Source of the DNA: Prorocentrum cordatum
Taxonomy: Eukaryota
Assembly: GCA_963575745.1 (NCBI GenBank)
Contig: CAUYUJ010000174.1
Coordinates: 62,001-117,216 of the forward strand
Length of the DNA stretch: 55,216 nucleotides
Direction: 5' to 3'
Within the stretch, counting starts at the first letter, position 1; each line of letters begins with the position of its first letter. Under the pieces are notes generated by a model. That model ran no database searches. It was not told where the DNA came from and saw nothing but the letters and a program-made list of their open reading frames with translations. A program made the position numbers and the translations under genes. Shown piece by piece: positions 45,146 through 55,216 of the stretch.

Positions 45146-48100
45146 CATGTTCGAATCCGCCGACCCTGTCGGCGTGTGGAATGCGGTGTTCGTCGTGGTT
45201 GTTGTCTTCGTACATACTCGTCGTCTTCTTCTCTGGGTCCGTCGCCGCTCCCTCCCTCTTTCCCTGGGCCCTCGTTCTCAAGCGCGCCAGCCAAAGCGAA
45301 ATGAAGCAACCCAGCCACAGCGAAATTAACAACGTTGTCATTGAGTCGAAGGGAAGCAAGCGCCTTCCTTTTGATCCCTTCCCCGCCGGGGGGGGGGGAA
45401 GGTCCTGGGGGGGGTCCCGGGTCAAAATGTCCCCCCCGTTTGCGGCTTTTACAGAGGGGCCTCAAGTGCGCCAGCCAAAGCGAAATGAAGCAACCCAGCC
45501 AAAGCGAAATCAATAACGTTGTCATTGAGTCGAAAAGAAGCCCCTTCCCTTTGATCCCTTCCCCGCCGGGGGGGGGGGGGCGGGAGGGTCCCGGGGGGGG
45601 ATCCCGGCCACCGTTTGCGGCTTTTACAGAGGGGCCCTCTGTAGATGCGCTGGAGGAGGAGGGGGTCGCCACGACGGATCTGCAAGAGAGCCCCTAGACG
45701 GCCCAAGCCCCACAAGACAGCCCAAGAACGCGAAACGACGGCCAAAGGGGGCCCTAAGACGGGTCAAAAGAGCCCCGACTCTCAAGACGGCCCAGAGAGG
45801 GCATATTCATTGATTTTCGGAAAGATTTAGTCCCCGCCCTCTCCCTCCCATTTCCGTCGAGAGCCGAGGCCTCCAGAATTGGTTGCTCCTACTCGCTTCC
45901 TCTCGCTGCTCCCCCACTCCTCCTCTATCCTCCTCCTCCTCTTCCTCCCTCCTCCTCCTCCTCCTCCCGCTCCGCATTCCTCTCGCTGCTCCCCACTCTC
46001 CTCCATCTCCTCCTCCTCCGCCTCTCCTCCTCCTCCGCCTCCCACCTCCTCCTCATCCTCCTCATCATTCCCCCCCTCCTCTTCCCTCATCCGCCTCCTC
46101 CCCCTTCCTCTGCCCCCCCCACTCCTCCTCTCACTGCCTCCTCCTCCTCCTCCTCCTCCTCCTCCGCCTCCTAACCCCCCGCTCGTTTTCATATTCATCG
46201 TCTTCAGGGTCGGCGGCACCGGCCGCAAGGCCTTCGCAGCATATTCAATAGTTTTAACCATGTTTGTATATATACACATCTACATACATGTATATTCCCA
46301 TATATACATATATATATATATATATGCAACATATATATACACACATATATATAACATATATATATATATATATATGTATATGTATGCATCTATGTATATA
46401 CAAGCTTGGCATGCGCGCGACGACGACGAGCGCGCGTGTACTTCGTCCGATCTGGCGCAAGGGATTCCAGGAAATTGGTGACTTTTGATAAACGAATGCG
46501 CGCGAATCAAACGCGCTACAAGGGGCGGCGGGGCCAGTCGACATGCGCGCTAGGTCGACGCGGGCGAGTGGCCCGCGTGGTCTTATTCGGCGTGGGTCGC
46601 CCCACCCCCCATCGTTCCAGCAAGCCCGCATGGGCGTTCGAATAATTTCGAAATGCGCGTGCGAAAAACCCGTTCGGTCGAATTTGACGAACATGTTGGA
46701 CAACCGATGATCCTCGCAAGCGCGCCTTTTTTAAACGCCATGCAACAAAACCGCGCGCACGTGTGTGTATATATATATAAATGCATATAGTTATATCTGT
46801 TTTCGGAGCACTCGATTTTGTCATTCACGCGGAGCCTAACGCTTTCATGAAAAAACAAGCACGCGCGCGCCGACGATCGCAAATGCACTTCGCCCGATTC
46901 TTCAGAAATGATCATGGGTAAACTGGTGATTCTTGGCCGACGTCTGCGCGCGAATATTACCATTTGGCAAGGTTGACCGGGGGGGCTGCGATGCCCGCTT
47001 GGCTGGGGTGGCATGGAACTATATGTAGAATGAACGATGGGGCAGAATGATCTGTACATTTCACATCTCCAGGGGGAGCGCACAATCCTGGGGAGGGGGT
47101 AGATCCTAAATCCTTCTCAGGAGCGAGAACACCCGTTGCGCACTCTGGGCTGTGCAGATCTGAGATTTGCAAGAAGGCGCCACACATGTGGTGCAATCAT
47201 TCAACCCGCTCCGCGCGTGGCCACCTCCCATGCTCGCGCACGCATCCCACCCGCCAGCCCGCCACTTGCTTGCAAACCCCCTGCGGCGGCAATTGCGATG
47301 GCTGCTCGGCGCCGGCCGGCGCATCGCCGCAGCCGCGCTCTGCGCGCGCAGGCTCGCGCGCAGAGCGACCGGCCAGTCTGGCGCGACCGACGCGGCCGCT
47401 GCGGCGCCGACCGCTGGGCGCTTCCCAACGCGTCTTGCACGCCTCGCTGGCGCTCGGGCGCGTCGGCGCGAGTCGGTGCCTCGATCGGGCGCGGCATCAT
47501 GGCGGCATCGGCAGTGGCAGACACGACGATGACAGTAGCGATGCTGGTGACGACGATGACGATGACGGCGGCAAGGCTAAAGACGGCACCGATGCTGATC
47601 ACGACGACGACGATGATGGTGTCCACGTGTCGGCGATGATGGTACGGTGGGAATTTCGATGCGCGCGGACGGCCGACGCGCGCGAATGGCCCGCGCGGCG
47701 TTACTTTGACGGGTGTCGCGCTCCCCCCCCCCCCCCAGCGCGCGCAAGGGCGTTCGGATGATTTCGATCTGCGCGCGCGAGAGGCACGTTGTCTGCACGC
47801 GAGGAAAACGTTGGAAGCAGCCCACGACTTGCTGAACATAATCAGCCAGGGCGCACGCGCAGGCTGATTTTGAACATTCCTGGCGCAAGGCATCGGCTTT
47901 TCATGTTTGGGGCGCTCGATTCTGAACTCCTCACGAAACGGAAAACTGTTCAGTGGATTACGAGTATGCGCGCGCGACGACGCGCACGTGCGCACTTCGT
48001 CCCGTTGTGTTGCTAGGGGCTCATGAAAATTTACGGCTTCTGAAACATGTGCGCGCGTTGTCATCTTTGACAAGGACGGCGGGGGGTCGATGCGGGCCCG

Positions 48101-50450
48101 TGGCACGAGATCGACTGAAATGTGAACGAGGAGGCTGAATCACATGCTGCAAGACGCGAAGGTGAGGAGCCAGTCCGGCCTCGGCTAGGTGGTGGAACCA
48201 ATTTTCATGGAGAACATATGTAGTTCAACATCTGCGGTGCAGTCTACGTGGTGCACTTGTTTTTCATATATAGAAGCAACTCAAGAATGCCGCGCTCTTG
48301 CTGACGTCCCGCCCACCCACCCGCAATTGGTTAGGCAAACCTCATGCGGCCGCGGCCGCGGCTGGCGCGTCTCCGCGCAAGCGTTGGCGCGCGTGCGCTC
48401 TACGCAGGTCGGCCGGCTGGCATGGCAGGACTGACGCGACCACGATTGCGGCGGCCGATGGAACTTCTCAGCGCGTCTCAGAGGCCGCGGGCTACTCGGT
48501 GCATGTCGGCGACTCGGGCGGGCGCGGCAGCGGGACGACGTCGACGGCCGCGGCGACGCGACGAGGGGGGCCATGGCAGAGGCACTGAGGACGACGACGA
48601 CGGCGAGTCCATAAGACGCCGACGATGACGAGGATCACCTCAATATGTCGATGACGAACGCGATCGTGCCGGCAGCGACGGCAATGGCGGCGACCCGCGA
48701 CGACGTCTGCGGCAGTGGCGCGATGACGTCGATGAGGGCGACGGAGAATAGCGCGCGCGTAGAAATTCTAGAGGACCTGGCAGACGTTGCCGTTGAAAAG
48801 CAGAATGGTTGCATAGGTTGCTGGAGAGCCTTATCTTGAAACTCCCATTGAGAACCTATGGTTTCGGAAAGATATTTCGACGCGCGCTCGCGGCGGTGGG
48901 CGCATGTGGCCCGCGTGGCGTTTGTGGCCAAGGGTTCGCGACCTGGGAGCAGGACAGAGCATCGCGACTGCACCGCGCGGCGAGATGAGATCGAGGCTTT
49001 GACGAGATCGTGAACATCATATGGGTTCCGCATGATTTCGGCCATTGCGCGCGGGCAGGATACCTGCAATACTTTGATGTACAACCATTGGGTTTTGAAG
49101 GCTTGTCCGTCGAAGCGCATGCAAACGCAATGTGCGTCGGAATGATTTTGACACGCGCGCACGTGCGCTCTTTTGTACTTTCGGAAAGGACGACTGACAT
49201 ATGCTATATAAAGATAAACGAATACGCGCGCATGGAGTTTGCTGCAGAATACGAGGGAGGCGATGCCACTTGAGCTGGCATGGTACGAACTTGCGAATGG
49301 AATCAACGGGTCAGCAACGTCCCCAGGGGGGTCGATCACCCCGGAGGCGGGGGGTAAAGTCGTGTTCGTATAAAGAAGGGGGGCTCTATGTGATGCGATC
49401 GACTGGCAACTGGCCTGCCCCGCGCGCGACCACCTCCCATGCTCGCGCGAGCACCCCACCCAGCCGCCCGCAACTGGTTGCGAAACCACAAATGCGGCAG
49501 CGACTGCGACGGCTGCTCGGCGCCGGCCGGCGCATCGCCGCAGCCGCGCTCTGCGGGCGCGGGCTCGCGCGCGGAAGGACCGGCTGGTCTGGCGCGACCG
49601 ACGCGGCCGCTGCGGCGCCGACCGCCGGGCGCTTCCCAGCGCATTTTGCACGCCTCGCTGGCGCTCGGGCGCGTCAGCGCGGGTCGGTGCCTCGAGCGGG
49701 CGCGGGGCCGCGGCGACGTCGACGCCGGGGGGTGCGACGACGAAGGCGTGGAGGCAGCGATGCTGGCGACGGCTGCGACGGAGACGACGGCGAGGCCGCA
49801 GACGGCATCGATGCTGATCGCGCCGATGACGACGACGGTGCCCGAGGCGACGAAGGCTTTGGGGCCATTTTGACGCCCGCACGCCGCCGACGCGCGCGAG
49901 CGGCGCGCGTGGGAATATTTGACGAGGGTCGCGCCGCCCCCCCGCACGCGCGCAATGGGCGCCTGAATGACTTGCACGCGGGCGCGCGAGAGGCAAGTCT
50001 GGTCGCGCGGTGAAAGTACGGAGGAACAGTGCACAACGTCCCGAAGAACCAGCAGCAGCGCGCAGACTGAATTGAATTTTCAGAACGCAAGACGGCTGAT
50101 GATTTGCAAGTGTTTGGGACACTCGAGTTTGAACTCCCTGCGAAACTGGAGGCTCTTGGACCATGTCGGCGCGCGCGCGCGTGGCGACGCACGCGCGCGC
50201 GTGCGCTTCGCCCCATTATGTTGCAGTCTTTTGCTTCGGAAATTGACGGCTGCTGATAAACGCATGCGTGCGCATGGAATATTTGACAAGGGTGGCGGGG
50301 GGGGGGGGGGGGTCGACGCCGGCCGGGCTGGGATGGCGCGCGCTCATGCGGAAAGTTATGGAGGCGGCAGCGTCATGCGCACATTGGAACTCGCGTGGGT
50401 AAGGGGCTCAGTTCGGCTTCGGCGAGGCGGAATGCGGTCTCTTCTAGAAC
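43140..50450 (+). repeat. Degenerate tandem array of a ~1.0-1.3 kb CpG-rich unit (at least 5 copies)
   Basis: Anchor GCGCGACCGACGCGGCCGC...TTCCCAGCGCGTC...GATGCTGATCACG recurs at ~43207, 44519, 47381, 48425 and 49592. Confidence 0.8.
45284..45635 (+). repeat. Tandem duplication of a ~180-bp unit
   Basis: GCGCCAGCCAAAGCGAAATGAAGCAACCCAGCC... occurs at ~45284 and ~45468. Confidence 0.85.
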
Positions 50451-51099
50451 AGGATATATATGTGCAGTCATGTCTGCGTGTTGTTATTAATACGATCAGT
50501 GTTATTCGTTATTATTACACTCTGAGCTCTCTCAAGTATATATATTATATATATATATATATATAAGGCTTCCTCTTTTAAAAAAAAAATCGCGCGAGAT
50601 GCCGCAGCGGCGGCTGACAGACGACGACGACGGGAGACGGACGACGACGACGACGACGACGACTCTGCAGCGGTGGCGCGGACGACGTTCGCGAGGCGAC
50701 TGGAGACGGAAAAGGGCGGGGCCGCGCCAGAAAACGCACGACTCTGTTTGTGTGGGGGGGGGGGGCAGAGCTGTCGCTGCAAAACCAGTGAGCTTGGAAT
50801 GTTGGGGCGCTTGCAATCGCGACGAGCGCTGAAATGATTCCCGCACGCGCGCGAGCACTTTTTTGGGGGGCAACGGGCTCCTGGCATATATATATATATA
50901 TATTTACACACATATATACATGTATACATATATATATCTCCCGCCACCTCCAACTCCTCCTGTCACCTCCGCTGTTTCTTGCTGCGTTTCCACTTGCGTC
51001 AACCAGCCAGATCTTTCTCCCCGGACCCGCCCCCCAGGCCCCCATGAGAGCCCACAGGACCCCAAAGGACAACACAGGACTTCACAGGTTGCCACCGCA

Positions 51100-51670
51100 C
51101 GCAACAAGCTTTTCAGTGGGTTGTCTTCCGATTCGGCAAGACCGCGCGTCCCCCTACAAAATATCGCCGGGCATGTACTTCTCTTCTGCCCTTGACACCC
51201 CCGCCTCCTTCAATCACTTGCGTGTACTCAAAGCGCATCGTACACTGACGATCCACCCGGAAGCGTCATTGCCTCTTCGCCTTCTCGCCAATATTTTCGA
51301 CGGCTTTTCTCGCTCGGCCGTCACGTTTTGCCGAGATCGGTCTTCCGCGCCAAGCAACACCCCCGCACATTATGCGTTGAATCCCCGCCTCCGTCAGACA
51401 GGATCGAAATGCGCCCAGAGCTATTGCATCCTTTCGGTGTGCCCTACTCGCACACCGCCCTTTAGACCCCACGAGCATTGCATCCATACCGCAAGTCTGG
51501 CTTGCGCATGTCGAATGTTCTTGAAGTGGCTTCCGCCATTCCGCCGCCCCCCAGAAGAACTTCCGACCATCGTGGAAGATGCATGCTGGCCATCGGCCCC
51601 GCCCGCCATTGTGCCTGGGCTGTGGGAGATACCACGTTGGGGCATACAAGAGTCGTTGTAGATGCCTTTC
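51100..51670 (-). pseudogene. Possible ISXO2/IS1595 (Merlin-like) DDE transposase C-terminal relic
   Basis: One minus frame read through stops gives PGT...ADGQHAS...SHFKNIRH...GVRVGHTERMQ*LWAHF..*RRRGF, echoing the family pattern PG..I.(S/T)DG..AY..H..VNH..G.HT..IE..W. By eye only. Confidence 0.3.
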
Positions 51671-53364
51671 AAGGCCCTCTGGAGGACGCTAGGGAACATC
51701 TGGATAACGCTTATGAGAGTTATTCCAGGTCCCTGGAGGCCTCTTCCGGCACCTCGATACCTTCTTGAGGTCCTTCGGGGCGCCTCCGGGGCCTCTGCAA
51801 GGCTCGAGGACCCGTTTTAGGACAGATAGCTCCTCATGTGAAGTCGTCTTCTTCTCTTTCGCCCCTCTAGCATCCTCTTGGGCCGCTTTGGGATATTTGG
51901 ACATCTCTAGAGCTCCTCTTCGACCCCCAAAAAGGGATGCAATACACTGCAGGGACGCCCACTCATCTCACACACCTTTGCGCACCTACCCAGCAGAGTT
52001 GAGCGGATCTCACACGCATTCCGAATGTGACTCCGGAGCCATCTGGGTCGAGCGTTTCAGCCCCTGTCTCCTTCCATCATCTTTCGCATTTCGACCTGCT
52101 GTGCCATCGAGCGCTTTGCGCAAGCCCTCCGCCACCCCATCACATTGCGTCTGGCACTCGAGAAGAACCCTAAAGACCCCTACCAGCCTAACGATCCCGT
52201 CAGGACCTCGCACCATGTTACAGAACCACACAACAAAAACACTTCTCACTGGAACATCAAAACCCCACACGCCCCACAGCACTCTACAGGGCCCCTCTGG
52301 ACCTCCCAGGCTCCAATCGGAGAACACAAGACCCTTCAAGCCTTCCAGGCCCCGACAAGCTCACCGTACTTCCCAATACCCACACACACCTTTCGCACCC
52401 TACGGGACGCCACAGGACCGCATAGGACAACAATGATTCCAAAGCACCCCAATATTACCTGACGCCCCACCGGACCTCACTGAACCGTGTGCCCCATCAC
52501 AGGCATCAAAAACCCAACGCGCGTCCACATGATCTCATCACGCCACGCGGGAGACCGCAGGACCGAACACGACTGCAGAACCCAAACGTGCCCACATAGA
52601 ACACCAAGGTGCCCCCCAGAACACCAACGATCACCCACAAAACTAGACCCCGCCAGACCCCACCGAAGTTTCAGTCCCGACGAATCCCACAAAAGCCGAC
52701 AGGATTCCGTAAGACCCCAGAACCTCGACGCGACCACAAAAACACCAAGGTCGCCCCCACGACATTTCAAACCTACATCTTGCAAAGCTTCCGAAGTCCA
52801 CACAGGACAACGCAGCCGAAGTGAGAACCCGGCGAACTCAAGACCCCCAAAACCGAGAATGCACCCGACTATACCCAATAAGACCTTTCCGGACCCCACA
52901 GACCCCGCACACCTTTTCGCGGAGCAGATGTTTCTCCACTGGCGGCCACGCCGTCACGAGACAACACCATCTCTTATATACTTTAGGGCGCTGCCTCTGG
53001 GTGCGTGGAGTCGTGCCTCTCAGCCCCTGTCTCCTCATCCGCGTTGTTACCTCCACTTCCTCCTTATCGGCTCTCCGCTGTACCATCCAGACTGTTAGGT
53101 CACCTCCTCCGCCGTAATCCCACCCTGTCCTTTCGTTGCTCTCCCTCTCTTTATCTTCCACCCTCTGCTCACTTCTCTCCGTCATCGCCGCTCCGCGCAC
53201 CTACCCCCTACACCACGCGCCTCTTGCACTTCACCCCGCTCCCTTCCCATAATCGAACAATCCTCTCCCTTCCTTCCTTCTCCCGCGTCTGCTACGCTCC
53301 TTCTCCTACTGTTTCGCACGCCTGTGGCCCTTCTTCGGGTTGGCGACGATCCCATTCGACAGCG

Positions 53365-54826
53365 ATGCTGGACTCCAACGAGCAAAAATCAATACGGTCA
53401 GCCTCGTCTGAGGGCGTACTGGGCGTTGTTTGCGACAAAGACCTTCTCACGTATTGGCATTTGATGTTGCCCTGCCGCAGTTGTATGAGTTACGCTGCGT
53501 GCAAAGATATGTCTCACTTCCCCATCTGTTTTCTCGACGGCAGCTGTTCTTACAAAAAAACACGACCGCGACATTTTCTTGAACGCCGTGCAAAAACGGA
53601 AGAATGGACGAAGAGACATGCACCATTGGATTCCGATAGACAAGTTGCCTGAAGCATTCCACCTACCCAAACTCGCAGACACCATCCAGCCCGAAGTGGA
53701 CCATGATTTCCGCACGCGGAAGCTGAATCACTTTCATCCGATCCTTGACAATACAAGCGCCACCAAGCACTACCTACTGATGGCGAATAAGAAGCAACCC
53801 TTGACGACGTTGGCGCTGTTCATTTTTATGTCTACTTTGTACCTTAATGAGGGCCACTACCTGGTCACGGTCTTAGCCGTTTATCACTGGTTAGCGCACC
53901 AGAAGCAATCTCGACAAGAAATCGTCGCCAGCAGCGCTGCCCGGGACAAGCTCCAAAGCCGCCTCCTGGACGTTCGACGGCACATGTCCGCAGACGAAAA
54001 ACTACCTGCCTTGATCTCCACAGACGCCTACACTGTGCAGCGCTTCTATGATGCTTTGGTGCTTTGTGAGACTCTGTACGGACGACAGCCAGATGCCGGC
54101 TACCACTTGCCGAGCTTCACGCCCGGCGTCGATTCGAAACAGTTGTTGGGCGAAGGCGTTGGCACCAAGCCCCACCGCGTGGCTGTTCGCATGCATCACA
54201 TGGCCCAGACCTTGACGGAACACCAGGCTACCCTGACCGGTAGCCCTGTGCTCATGGTTCAGATGACGAAGACGCTTCTCGCCACCCACGCTTCGTGGCT
54301 CCCGTACCAAGCTCAACTGGTGTATAAACGATTCTTTGAGAGTTCATTCGGCACACTCAATTGGCACCAATCAATTATGTCTGAGCTCACATTTATGGAA
54401 CACGTCGGAGACGGTGACTTCTACTTTTTGAGACACCTGTGCCCGGCGGCCTTCGACATGTACAATGCTCTCGCTGATAGGGAACCCACTGATAGTGGCA
54501 AAAGAACAGTGGCTGCCAACGTCACGCAAGCAGAAAGGGAGCTTGGCCGCACGCTGGTGCAGATGCTGACGTCGCGGCAACACTCCATGGGCCTGCATTG
54601 CCGCGTTAACGCGTTGTTGGGCATGGACCTCATGGATTTTGATGAGACACAATACACGATCTGTGAGAATCGAACTTTCCTGTGGGGGTCCCGCATGCGC
54701 AAGAAAATGGCGACAGACACGTGGCTCCACCAAATGCGCTCCGCGCACAGATCCTGGCACAGAGAAACCCTACTCCCCTTCGTGTGGGGGGCCGTGGCCT
54801 TGCGCGACGGCAAGCGTTCGAGGTGA
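53365..54826 (+). CDS. Intronless ORF with one apparent frameshift (within 53579-53652); putative aGPT-PPlase clade 1 / 5-hmdU DNA kinase helical-domain-like DNA-modification protein
   Basis: The 415-codon stop-free, non-repetitive frame 53579-54826 overlaps an upstream frame starting at ATG 53365. Ordered motifs: FLERR, DHDFRTRKLNHFHPILDNTS, ISTDAYTV, WLPYQ, VGDG..FLRHL, ETQYTICENRTF. Coding status is well supported; the family call is by eye. Confidence 0.6.
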
Positions 54827-55216
54827 TCCTATTGTCTTTCCTGTGAGCCACGCCTGTCTAGACTTCCGCGTCCCCGCCTGCTTACGCCAACGCCGTTGCT
54901 GTTCGTGGGGCCACCGTGCCATCGCTTTCTCTTCGCAAGAAAAGTCACTCCTCATCCTTCTCCTCCTCCTCCGCCTCCTCTTCCATCCCCTCGCCCTCGT
55001 CGTCGCCGTCGCCGCCCCCAAACCGCCCTACCCAACCTGTATTCTAGGCGACGAAGACAGGTCGCCGGGGGCAGGGCCTGCGGCGAGCGCGACGGGAGCG
55101 CCCGCGCTTGCCGTCTCATCGACGAAGCCATGGGCCAAGATTTAAGGCGAAGCGGAGCGAGCCTTCAAAATCTTGTATATATATATATACATATATATAT
55201 ATATGAGATTCGCGAG

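Overview
Eukaryotic, almost certainly dinoflagellate, nuclear DNA. The evidence is a perfect 22-nt dinoflagellate spliced leader (SL) at 29140-29161, GC/GA-type donors with AG|G acceptors, and abundant (GGA)n tracts. (1) 1-15.7 kb holds part of a minus-strand Cdh1/fizzy-related (FZR1) APC/C activator gene, as up to 8 small exons. Its introns are built from microsatellites and nested non-autonomous TIR elements; two look like Introner-type insertions, and one may need a non-canonical GA-CG splice. (2) 19-35.5 kb holds three non-LTR retrotransposons (APE-RT-RNase H type). One has two intact ORFs, one is full length but decayed, and one is a remnant. Each begins with a full or partial SL, and the two long ones have (GGA)n at both ends. 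(3) 35.5-50.5 kb is microsatellites plus a degenerate ~1-1.3 kb tandem repeat. (4) 51-54.8 kb holds a possible ISXO2/Merlin transposase relic and an intronless, once-frameshifted ORF. By eye, its motif order resembles the aGPT-PPlase clade 1 / 5-hmdU DNA kinase helical-domain family of phage thymidine-hypermodification enzymes. This is the most interesting candidate, because dinoflagellate DNA naturally contains 5-hydroxymethyluracil. All homology calls are by-eye motif recognition, not searches. Most ORFs in the supplied track are microsatellite artefacts.
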